A stretch of DNA of 64,000 nt from Phoronis australis (Eukaryota > Animalia > Phoronida): positions 248,001-312,000 of the forward strand of contig NMRA01000166.1 in assembly GCA_002633005.1 (NCBI GenBank), read 5' to 3'. Under the pieces are notes generated by a model that was given only the letters and a program-made list of their open reading frames with translations, had not been told where the DNA came from and ran no database searches. Within the stretch, counting starts at the first letter, position 1. Every line of letters begins with the position of its first letter. Of the stretch, positions 1 through 12,304 are shown in pieces. The position numbers and the translations under genes were made by a program.

Positions 1-1401
1 GTGAAAATTCTCAGCAAGTGAGTAATGCATCAGTTCCAATTCGGGTTTCTGGTTCACATGGTATCGAAACAACAGATTCTCAAGCTACTAAGCAGCAGGA
101 AGGGACGTAATTGCTGCTTGTTTGTTTCCGCGATGACTCTGTGTTGTGTCTGACTTTGACAACAAGCCGTGGGTTAGAGTCTTCAGTTATGACTATTTTT
201 GTACAGCGTTTAGTTCGGAGCGTATGCTGTTTGCCCAGATTAATGCGTACATATGTTGGAATGCCCATCAACGCAATTAGAGAAGGTAGCTGTAGAGATA
301 TGCCGTGGAATTCTTTATTTGCTGTGACCGGCTTTGAGCGAGTTAAATAGCCAAAGCTGAACCAGTTTTGTGCCCGTTATTCAATGGAAGGAACTGCATG
401 GTGCTGAAAATCTGGGCCCCGTAAGTGACTATTACAAAACGGAATGGATTAGAAAAATGTGAAATTGGAGACATTAACGCACGCACTAATAGCGAAAGGG
501 TGTGAGTTGGTTTTTGCACCGGTGTTAACGTTTTACTAGAATGCAGACAATTGTTACGTTTAGGGTTTATGATATCTGGGTCAGGTTCGGTTGGAAAAAC
601 TGACACAGTTCAATAAATGCTATTCGAATGATGGTGCATTCGTGAGTACTAATTGATGTCAGTCGTGATTGCTTTCCATTTTTTATTTCATAAACTACGG
701 TTCACTACAGCAAGTGAAACACTTTCGGGCAAAACCGAAAACAAGTAATCATTCACTGTCTTTGTCTATGCCTCACATCTCGTCTCATATTACATAGCAT
801 AGCAGTCGTTAAATTTTTCATGAGCCAGTCTCTGGCAGTAATATAACATTTGGATTCCTATAATTTTAGAATAGGGTTATGCCTTCCATTGGAGTTCTAG
901 TCCAGGAACAACACTGCTCATGTGTTTTCGTCACGTCACATCGTTTTTCTTCAATCCGTTACGTTGCAGGCCTGGTACCAACATTGAGCGGGGGGGGGGN
1001 ATTTCTACAAGGGTGGAGCTTTGAAATTTTGCAAACGTCGACATTGTAGAGGTTCCAGTAAGGCCCTCGACGCAGCTTAATTATGGGGTAGGGAAATCTG
1101 TATACACAACGACGATTCTCAGATCTATGTTCCTGGGATGAGACGGAATTCGTAATAACAGAAATAATGATGCCGTGACAGTTGGTTGTAAAGAACGGTA
1201 CTCGAATTCGGATGTAATGTGGTCCAAAAAGAGAACGTTCTTGCGTTTCCTCCTTCCAAACTTTCAAATCAGGCGTCCATAAGTGAGTGATTACATCCCA
1301 TTACATACTGGGACGGAAATATTTAGTCGGGTAAGACTTGACAATTTTGTTATCTGGTTGTATTTTTGCGTCTTACTTAAGTTTCTTGCATCGCTAGAAA
1401 T

Positions 1402-2294
1402 GGGAACAGCCCACTATGCCGAAGATTCACTGCTCCGAAGGCTCACTATTCCAAAGGTTCACTACTTTGAAGGTTCACTAAGTCCGAAAATATCTAAAGT
1501 TTCGGACTCGGGCGTAATTTTTATACCTTTACATGGAAAAATAAACTATACTTCGATTATTAGATGCACTGAGTGATGTAACTATACCGAAAACAATGCC
1601 AGGGTAATATATCACTTTGTTTGAATTTCAGTCATGCGCATGCAAAATTGCTCGCATGTCTTACGAATACGGAAAAATGAATACGTACTTGCATTTTTAA
1701 AAGAATATGAAGTAGAAAAATTACCAACCACTATATATCCATCAAACCCATGTCAAGATTGCATCCTTTCACAGCGCGGCTAAAAAGTATATGGCCGCTG
1801 CGCCCCAATCTAATCGGGAACCACGCGCACGACCGGGTGGAAATTAAATGTAATTAGTAGGCTAACATGTCCCTGTCAATCTTCACGAAGTCAAAGAGCC
1901 CCATTCAGTCTAAAACCGTCGTTGGTTGCCGCAGCCCTGACCCGTGCCCCAGATGTCCCTGCTTCAGAATGAGTCATTAGTTAAATTCAAGAGTCACGAT
2001 TAGCAGTGATTAGAACTGAGCTCCCTTGTAAACAATGTAATCAATGTATTAAGAACTATTTAACTCTTGCACACCCTTTAAATGATTACTAAATAGACGC
2101 TAATATGATACTTTATTCTTGTCAATTCCGACTCATTAGTAGACAATCAGAGTAATGAACTGTCGGACTTCTGGTTTCGGAATTGAGGACATTCGAAGTA
2201 GTGAACTTTCGAAGGTAACAAACCTGTCGAGTAGTGAACCTTCAGAGCAGTGGACCTTCGGAGTAGTGAACATTCGGAATAACGACACGTAACC
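1402..2294. mobile_element. Non-autonomous DNA transposon with inverted subterminal 16-bp tandem repeats
   Basis: Left arm has several copies of TTCACTACTCCGAAGG-like units and the right arm has their reverse complements (CCTTCGGAGTAGTGAA). GG..CC termini; flanks ctagaaat/ttggaaat resemble a decayed 8-bp TSD. Confidence 0.65.
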
Positions 2295-2360
2295 TTGGAA
2301 ATTTTTTCATTGATCAAAGTTTTTAGCCGATTTTAAGGCATTCACGCCGCACTATTTTTT

Positions 2361-2429
2361 CATGGGCGACGCAGCACTGAAATAAGTAAGGGGCTATAGC
2401 CCACAGCCCCCTATGTTGCGCCGCCCATG
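2361..2429. mobile_element. Tiny MITE-like hairpin element (partial second copy 2435-2484)
   Basis: TIRs CATGGGCGACGCAGCA / TGTTGCGCCGCCCATG (14/16). Confidence 0.5.
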
Positions 2430-4604
2430 GAGTCCATGGGAAGTGGGGGGTATAGCCCCCCAACTCTCTTGGTGCGCCGGCTATGTTTTTTGAGAGTTCT
2501 CTCGCTGCAATATAGCTTAGCTAGGAATAGACATTTACTTCTTGATTCTCTCGTTATCCTATGTTATAGCCACCACCCGAGTTCAATGCCGATAAATAAC
2601 TTAAAGCCTCGTCTGCACCATCCTGTCATCTACGCAAACACCACTCGGGCGAAGTTGGCCAGGTTACGGCGCGATGGTTACGTGAATTAAGCGCTTTGAA
2701 TCAGAAGGAAGTTCAAAATCATTACTAACTCGGTTATCATTGTAGTTAGTAGTACCAGTATCTGCAACATCTGGTTGTTGTTGTTCAGCTACATCTCGGA
2801 TAGGGCTAGGGCTGGACCTTTTCCGCGAGGGGGGGGGGTGTTCTATCGAACCTTCCGAACCCCTCTCTGGCTACGGGCCAACGGTTGGCGTCGCACCGTG
2901 ATTTGTTTGAGTAAACCAAACTGTCAGTGCCTCACGGGATAATGCTATACAATCCATTTGTGTGATACGGCTGTGATAGAACACCGCGAGGAACATTCAG
3001 TGTAGATTTAGTATTTAGACATCCCATGCAAAAGATATTGTGTGGAATGATAATTAAGTCAATATTTACGAAAATGTTGAGCTTAGATCTACTTAATATC
3101 CCTCGTATTAACGTAAATATTCATATTTCAATGATATGGAATTTTGGACATGGAATCGCATACATGGTAAAATGGTATACAATTCATAATAAAAATAACT
3201 TTGCGTCGATCCACACCCGCGGAATTATTGAATGTAATACACTATTTACAACTACACGACCAGTAATTAATTTAAAAGTATATCCATTACTCACATCTGA
3301 TTTGGGAATATTCTTCATTTGTGTCGTCAATGGGCATGGGTTTCCGCTCATCAAACGTACCAGTTTTATAGGCCAACAAGCAAATTGATTGATTCCCCGA
3401 GCATCCCTGCAGGCCTACAATAAAGTGAGTGAAAGTGGTTTTGAATATACGTGTTAATAGACTTTCCCACCCTTGTTCAATAAGCAAATTGAAACCACGA
3501 TCTTTCATGTGTTTTAGCAGGCGTTCAGGATTGTCACCGTTACACGGGTACCATAAACGGGACGTGCCGGAAAGCTTGGTGGTTTTTTCAAACTCTGTTC
3601 CCAAATCAATATGAAAGGGTACACTTTATAGGTTAAGAAAGTCACAAAAGGATCATTCTTGACTCAGAACTACACAGATTTTAATCGATTTATGTTTTAA
3701 AAGGCGACTTAACAGGCTTCAAAGGTTTTCATCGAATTTCAAAATTCAATCACCTCTTTGTATGCAAAATTTAGGAAAACCAGACCTCTGTGAAGAATCC
3801 ACGTACAAATAGGTCCCTCTAACTCTCTAAGGGGGCGTTTTCTTATCGTGCCAACTCCCTCAAAAAGGTAAGGAACTTAATTTTCTAATGACACAACCCG
3901 CCATACATATAATTGAGTACCCCTTGCTTAACGTGCATTTTTTTATCATGGCCAAACGTCTTTGCGTTCAATGATCCCCTAGGCTACAGTCGCAGTTCTC
4001 GTCTGCAAAAACATGACTTGCGCAGTCCATTAAAGTCCTTCTCTGAACACTTCATCAACCTACTTATGTATCTTACTTAGCATCCATTCCCGATAACCCT
4101 AGTATGCCAGTGAACACTCGGGTGGTTTTCAACTTTCAATGAATACAACATTGAGAAACCAATTTAGCGGAGACCGTAGCGGGCTCGCCCACCCCTCATA
4201 TCTCGATACTATACAAGCCCACGCATCCCGCTGCAACTTAGTGAGGCCACTGACTGTTACCAGCATACTTGCATACGGTTGTTTGGTTCCACCTTGGCGT
4301 GAATTTTCGTTCAAAGTATTAGGTCCGACACGTACGTTGTATGTGAAACATGACAAAGAATTGTACTTCAGTCTAATCAAATGTTCGTTTGAATTCGTCA
4401 ACCATTCACGACGTACATCTCGTGTTATATTCAAAACAAGTGCTGTTGGAGCGAGTTCGTCCCACATGGGTCTAAGGGAGTAGACTCGCCTCTCACAATG
4501 AATGTGTTCACTTCCCGGGAATCAGTTTTTGGAAAATATGAGAGGTTCTAAACATTAAAGGTGAGGCCAAAATTATCAGCGGGGAAAATTAATTCTCGTG
4601 GTTA

Positions 4605-4672
4605 GCACCACTGGCGCGGATTCGAGCTCGGAAAATTCGCGATCGCAGTCCAACACTCTGCTATCTGAACTA
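4605..4672 (-). mobile_element. Decayed tRNA-derived SINE head
   Basis: Minus strand TAGTTCAGATAGCAGAG (A-box-like) and GAGCTCGAATCC (B-box-like) at tRNA spacing. Confidence 0.35.
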
Positions 4673-5265
4673 ATTTTCACTTGATAATGACAGGGTTAGG
4701 CCTACTACTTGATATTGGTACAGACATCGGCCTTCATTTCAACGAATGTCAGCTAGACAACAGCAAGAATTGGGAGTTTCAAATAAATAAATACTACATA
4801 AGTTATTGTGTTATAGTTCTGCTCTTAGCTAATAACTTCAAAAAGTTCATTTACCTCATTCAACTGTCATCTCAATCTTGCGTTTTCCAGCCTTAAAAAC
4901 GACAATGGTCTTTAAAGTACTGTATAAACTGTGCATGTATGCCTCGCTAACTGAATGTCGTTTGTTAATTAAAAGGATACTTATTAACAAGTATTAGCTG
5001 TCTCTTTTACAGTCAGTTCTTCAATAGAAAAGGGTGCTTCCTAACCCTCATCAACCCGCAAAAGTTCGGAGCGAATTTTTAATAAGACTGCTAAACTGGC
5101 AAGCGTGGCCTAGCTACACAACAACTAAGGGTGAAGATCACCCAACAAAAACCATAGTATCCATACCATATGTTTTAATGTGAATCCTACCGAGGAAACA
5201 AAACGAGGACTGGTTGAAATTACTAAAACAGGCTTCAGTATCCTTTTAAAGATGTTATTTCAGTC

Positions 5266-5421
5266 CAGTGCTGTAATGGGGCATAGGCGCACGTAGGCGC
5301 AGCCAACCACCTTTTGGCATTTGAAGGTAACGCCTGCGTACCGTAAGTTATGTTCAGTGCTAAAGGTGATACGGTGGGCTTTGGGCGCCTACTTACCTGT
5401 AATTTTACCACTACAGCACTG
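5266..5421. mobile_element. MITE, possibly hAT-like
   Basis: TIRs CAGTGCTGTAATGG / CCACTACAGCACTG (13/14); TTCAGTC occurs on both flanks as a near-TSD. Confidence 0.65.
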
Positions 5422-8400
5422 TATTCAGTCCGCTTTATTTTAATTGAAAACTTAACTGAATTTAATATGGATATTTTGGTGGTGTACTACCCACCCCCTA
5501 AAGTGGCCGCCGTGGTTAGTGACAGCTGACTTATACATCATGGGTAGGCTACCGACTCACTGCCGATATTTGTAATGAAGTTTCCCAGAAAACCCTGCCC
5601 CCTTTTAGGAAAAAGACTAAAATTCAATAGTAAAATAAGGCAAACATAAACATGGCTGAGAGCTTTAATGATATCTTTCTACTGGCGAAACTCATCGTGT
5701 GTTCTAACTTGGTGAATGTTAAGGAAAGGATGCCTTTAACGCACACGAGCTTGTTCGTGTCGTTTGTAAATTTTTGAACGCCTTTGTATTTCTCCTTTTT
5801 ATAATTGATGTACTTTAATAATAATAAGTTCAGTGTTAATACTTTTTATTAGACATAGTTTCTTAATTAAGTAGAATTCACGCTGACAACAGATATAGAA
5901 AGATTACTGGGTGTACTTTCAGGTCCATTTTACATTTTGTAAATTAATATTCTTATGTTAAAAAGCACTTGTTGTTAAGTTTAGTTTCCTTAAATGAATA
6001 CCAATGCAAGACAGATTTTGTTTCATTTTTAACCTTTCCAATGAGGACGCGAACTCGACTCGGGCGTTGGACGAACTCGCCTAAGGCGGGAACCCCTAGA
6101 GTTCAGTCGTTTACAAGTTTAAAGTTCACACATAGGCCACATTTAAGGTCCCAAATCAGACTTCGAAATGACAATTTCCTAGAAACCTGAAGAGCTTCCA
6201 CTGCATAATTTTTATGAAAAAGGTACGAACTCGCCTCGGTCTCCCCTAGGAGAATTTAGCGAGAATACACATACGTATAGCCAAAGGAAATATTCTTTTT
6301 AGTTTAAATGAAAATATTTCCTCACTTCCTCATCACTGGCAAAGCAAGTGATTAATCTTAATTTGAATCCAGGGACGGTCTGTTCCATGAAAATTGAATT
6401 GAGACAAATTGCTCTTGCGTAACCACATCACAGGTACCGGATTAAAGCTTAGGCATTTGATTATTAGCAAATCACAGCCTAGAAATAATTTATACAAATT
6501 ATCTCAGCAATTAGCAATTACGGGGAAGCATTTGAACTTTTCCAGAACTGAGATTTATTTGCTTTTCACAAATAGTTGTGTGGAGATAAAATCAAATGTC
6601 TGACTCTTTAGCCACAGTTCGCGAAACAGACCACATAAATTTTAGACTGTTGCATGACGTCATATCCATTGTTCAACAATAACAGCGTGTTGTGACACCA
6701 TTGTGTTAGTCAGTGATGTACTTACAATAGTCTACGGGTCACACAAAATATGTTTCCAATCTTTACCTTTTACAATAGAAAATCATTGCCATCCCTAACC
6801 AGCTATTTCAGGACATCTGCGAATAAAAAGGCTGTCAAACCATTAGGTTGAGACTCTTGCGGTATTAGATAGTTTCAATTCAGTGGCATGTGATACCCCT
6901 ATTGAAAGTGAAATTAAAACCAGTTCAGTCACTTTTATGACAAGGAACATTTTGAGACTTTAAAAACAACTGCTCGAGGCAAGAGTGAAACCGATTGCAA
7001 ACCAGCGCGCTTTCCACTGCCCAGTAAGTTTCGGGAGCTAGGCTAGAGGCATATGTTTATTCTATGTTTGTGTATTGCGTGAGTGAGGAAACTTGGCTCA
7101 CGGTGAACTTGTTTGCTATCCTTGGCCGCTGGAAGGTAGGAAAGGTGTCGACGTCTGTCGTAAAGTACGCTGTCTACTGGCGTAAAGACACTTTTCACGC
7201 CCGTGTTGTACCAACTTTATCGGATTGTAAATCATGCGACAACTGAAAAAGTGTTTACGCTCGTAAATTACGCTAATGATTGGCGAGCGTAAAGCGACGA
7301 GTGTTACAAGACCGGTCCCCGAAATGTCAAGCTATTGACATATCGCAAGCTCCGCTTTCCGTAATGTCGACTAACAAACCATAAGTTTTACCCGGCAACG
7401 TGTGGTTTGTCGGGTAAAATGGCGGCTTGGAAACGAAGGTGTGTCAATAATGATGCGTTCTGGGAAGTTAAGCCTTCACTCAAAATCCTGGCGACATGTC
7501 AATTGCAGACCGAGCGCAAGGACCTGCGAGCTGAACGACTCACGGTCGTCCTCAAGCAAACCATTGCTCAGTTCATAGCTCGATGCGGGCTACCCGTACA
7601 CAGCGAATGAAATGCAACTGACCAGACACGTTCGTAGAACGCAATCGTAAATGTAATACATACGGTTGGAATGCGCTTAGTTGTCAGGAAATGCAAGAAT
7701 TAATTTTCATTGGCTAAACATTTAGTCAACCTCACCCGCATATGCTGTGAGGATTTACGCACGCCAGATAAAGAAAGGCCGCCATCAAATGAGACATTCG
7801 CCACATCGCCTCGCGAGGTCATCTTAACGCAGACGTGAGCTATGAGCTCAGCTAATTTTCATTCGAGGCGCGTTGTCCTTCGTCTGCTCTCACCCTCACA
7901 CACGCGTGCAGACCTTTCAACATAACAATAATTGAACTTTTGTCTGGTCACTCCACTGTTGTGTGTGCATCACAGGGAGGGTCATAAAGTCACGCGAACT
8001 GTAATTTTCCAGTATTATTCCGGTCAACACTTTCCTGCTATAACCAACGATATTTTATCGTCTGACTTCACGCACCGTAGTAAATCATTGGGGCAAAACT
8101 TCATGGCTTCTCTCCGATTTACTATATCATTATTGCCTGTGACAGTTCCTGATTGATTTCCTGACGTGTTTGTTCGAGTTTACATGTTCATCAGTCTGCT
8201 GTAGCCTGTCTCCCAATACGAACTCCAACTTCAGAATCAAGTCGGACAGCCGGCCCCGTTTAAAGCTGCATTTTGCTCTGTGTAGCGGCTCAAAGCAAAA
8301 ATCGAATTCACAAAATAGGTCTCATAATATTCCTAATCGTGACAGGGTTCTGTTTACCATACCAGGTATGATGGTAATACAAAATGTTTTGCAAATAAAA

Positions 8401-11400
8401 AACTATTAGCTGAAACATTCCCTCCGTTTGGTTCCCTCATATCGAGACAGCAGTTGAAAATTGTGGGACGTGTATCTCGCTGGTGTTGTGTGGGAAAGTT
8501 TTGACTGGAGTGTACACTTGCTTCTTACTCCCCCCGCCCCCGGCCGTCGTCAGTCGTTACCAAAATCATTCGAACCTCCGGCGGTAGATTAATTAGAAAC
8601 CACGACTACCTCAAGCCGCGAAGTTCAACTGTAGACGTATGAAGGAACTGATGTTGTGCTCGCACCAGACGCATCTCAGGCCACCTTTAATGCGTAAACT
8701 ATCGTCAGGCAGTCGTACACGCGTCGTATCAGTATTTAATCACGTATCAGTACACCTGAGCAAACACTTGGCACATTTTGCAAGCGAAAAACGTAAAAGT
8801 CTTAAAAGACTGAAATGAGTGTACTGTCGGATCACACGGGACGTGCAGAGAAGGGTCCGGGCAAACGTCATCACACATATCAAACTTTTTACTCTAGTAG
8901 TAATTTCAAAAAATAGTATTTAAGCGGCTGCAGTCGCGCACAGGCAAAGCACCTTGAACACCCTTCCCCGAACAACTGGCCCTCTTGCAACCTACTACAG
9001 ATAGTTTGCGCAAAAACGCCGCGGTATTCCAAGGTGTGTGACGAGAAATTCCAATGCCTGTGATTGTAGCAGTAAAAGCGCAGCACTACGAACACGGCAA
9101 CAGGCATGAAGCAACACATAACGATTGACATGTAATAGGCAATTGAACTGTTGTGAGATCTGCCTGGTCACTCAGTGCACTGCACTGCGCTCTTCCAGTG
9201 AAAACTAAATGTTGGTAGTCTCTTAGAACAAGCTAAATGTTGTTAATGGCCATAAACTAGGATTAACAAGGGTCGTTTAGTGATGAACCCATCGGAAAAT
9301 TCCACCAAAACCACGTAATCAAGCTATAATGTAATTCAGATTCATAAGTTTTCCTATAGAAATTTGTCATTAATATTTAAACGAAGACTACCACCTAAGG
9401 TTTGACGACAATGTCCGGGGGAAACGTAGCACTTAGCTTAATTTATCGATTTCTTATTGTACACCATTCCCGTAATTAGTTTCTGGCAATATTATTACTT
9501 CGACACTGACAGTTACGGCTATCACATTAAGGTATAAAAACAATTTTAATAGAATTAATGATGTCAATTTGCAAGTTCACATTTAACTAGGCTCCCATCA
9601 TCTTGCAAACTGTCAGTTCTTCAAGACATCCGTCCAGCTTGTGACATGGGCTGTCTCATTTCATCAAACTCGTTTTAAAACATTCCGTGGTAGGAATTGA
9701 TGGCTGCCATCAAAGGCGATCACCTGCGACCCAATATTTAATGGACCAACTTAACTTTGTCATAAGCTGATGACATGTTGACAGTTTTTTAACTTGCCAA
9801 CGTTCTGAATGGTCTGATGGTAAGATTAAGTGTTTTGAGACGTACTTTGTTTCGTTTTTCAGCTTGATTTGCAATTTTGCATTTTGAGTGGTGAGTGAGA
9901 AAAGGATTTACCTTTAACCGTGGTAAGCACCATCGTAAAATTCTTCAATTAGAGACAATATTGTTCCAGAGATGATCCCCATTTAACTTCTCCAACCTAT
10001 CGTGTTTACAAGTGCATATGGTGCGCTAGGTGTATTAAAAGAATCTGGTCGTAAAAGTAAAGTCGGGAATGTGCTATTTTCATTTTCAGAGGCTTACTTG
10101 TTAAATGGGTTTGACCGACAGGTGCGGCACAATACTGACAACATTGATAAAGGCAACATGTCTTAATATATATATTTCTTATATTGAAAATTGATAAGGT
10201 AAAACAGAAAATACTTTCCCGCCATACAGTGAACAATCTTAACGTATTTTCAAATACTCGACACCTTCCTGAAGTGATGGCCTTGTTTTTAGTCTACGTT
10301 CTGTAATCGCACTAATCCAATCAAAATCACGTTACGCGAAAACCAAATATTATGAGTGGCTACTTATACGGGCCGGGTGCCAATTTTTGCGGGCCTTCCA
10401 AGACGTGCAGACAAGCAAAAAATTCAGCACTCTGCGAAAATGCCCGAGACATAATTGTTGAAGACAGTACACCGCCTGTCTTGCGCAATCCCAGATCTCA
10501 ATCTCCAACGCAGCAGACAGGCATGAAGCAAACACGAGAAAACAAAACAAAGCGAAAAGGTCAAAATTGCTCCAACAGATTTACGATGCTCATCCAGCTG
10601 GACTCCACAGCCATGCGCCGACCATTACAGAGCACTGGCAGTGATATCGCTGGTGTTGGTTTACAAAGTAAATGGCACAAACTGAAGGCTCGTGGCAATA
10701 AGTACGGCGACATCTTTTGGGATTCAACACGCTTGCATGCATCGGGTTTCCTGAGCAGACGTGTTCCTAACAGAGTCTAGACGGCGCCCATCGATTCTGG
10801 TCATAAGAATAAGGTTGAGCACCATGGCAACGGAGGCTGGCCTTCCCAACTATAGCCTAGTAACTAGAGACTAGGCGGTCCCGTTTTATAGTTCACGATT
10901 GCTCTAAAAAATAGCGGTCTGGTGGGGATCAGTCTTATTGGAAAGACGGACATTGATTTGTAGTTTCATCTGTAACAGAAAATCCCTTGTCAGTGTTATG
11001 GTCCAGAGCTGAGTCATGATACACGTGATCATCCAAGGTATGTTCATCATAAAAATGAACGGTGTTATTATCTCAGTCGTAAGATTCCAAAACTGCTCTC
11101 AAAACTAGAGGGTCCGTCTTAGACCACTTTCCCCCCTACATTTGTCTCCCTATTATAGTACTTATTGAGACATTGGGGATCAACACAGACGAATAATTGA
11201 TACGAACTAAGCCGTCTGCCTCAAGTCAGCCACAGCCTAGCAGACAGCTCAGGCAAATGTGTAAAAATACAACTGAGTGTATTAATTACTTGTACTTTAA
11301 GTTTTTTGTCTTGCATTGTGTCTGTTTTTTTCCTAAAGTTGTGTGAGCTGAATAAATAAAGAAAAAGTAAAAATAGATCATTGAATTAGTTCAGTTTTGG

Positions 11401-12240
11401 CTCACAGTAAGCAGCTCTGGTCGCAGCTACCCCAAAGGCCAGCGGCAGCCCTGACGAATAGTTGCGAGCTGGGCTGTCTTCCTAAACAAAATATAGGTAG
11501 TATGATGCCGTTTACCTGCACAAGGCAAGCAACATCAGATACAATAACTAACTCAGCCACACGGGGATAACATTGCTCAGAGCAATTGCTGAAACTTACG
11601 GGCGTCTTAAACAAAATTCCAGGAGGCATATTTAACGCAATAAAACGTGTCAAAAGGTCATGTTTTTTGTGGCGATCTCTACTAGGACGTAATAGTGTAC
11701 TTTACAGCACTGTGCCAGCACTTGTAATACATGGGGACCTTCGCTCGAGGATTGCTGATTATTGCATTAACAACTCCTCTTCCATCAAACCGTGTTACTA
11801 ACTTAACTTGGGAACTATGAATGAACTCTACCAATTGTATCCCGTCTGTATGACTTCATTATGTCACTTTGTACACACATTGCTTGGCGTTTAATGCAGC
11901 GTACCTCATAACTGATCATGACTTCCCATGGAATCAGAGTAATTAAAGACGACACATGGCAAGATAAAAGCAAACATTTTTAAACTGCAATAAATCTATA
12001 GTGAACTCTTTCTCTACCTGAGTTTTCGTTTTTACAAGCACATATGACCCACATGTCCCCTTGCATGACAAAGTATTTTCTTTGCCTAAATTAGCCGCTG
12101 GTATTGTGTATTACATTCTTTTATATCCAATGAAAGGTGGAAATGAATACTCCATGATTGGTCCAATCTTTATTCAGTGATTTGTCACAACTCTTGACAT
12201 CTTTTTGGAAAATGCAGTCTGAGCATGCACACTGACCACC

Positions 12241-12304
12241 ACAAAACAAAACAAAACAAAACATTTTACAATCCCTAAAACAATACACCATTCAACAATT
12301 TATT
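12241..12304 (-). terminator. Candidate HGD polyadenylation site
   Basis: AATAAA on the minus strand (12299-12304) followed about 40 nt later by a (TTTTG)n GU-rich tract (12241-12262). This would imply a 3' UTR of about 2.8 kb. Confidence 0.4.

Noticed and set aside
1-25. Donor-like CAA|gtgagt of an upstream plus-strand gene
   Set aside because: Too little upstream sequence and no downstream exon identified.
10352-10780. 142-aa ORF and other short ORFs in 1-12000
   Set aside because: No recognisable domain and no consistent exon chain; lengths are compatible with chance.
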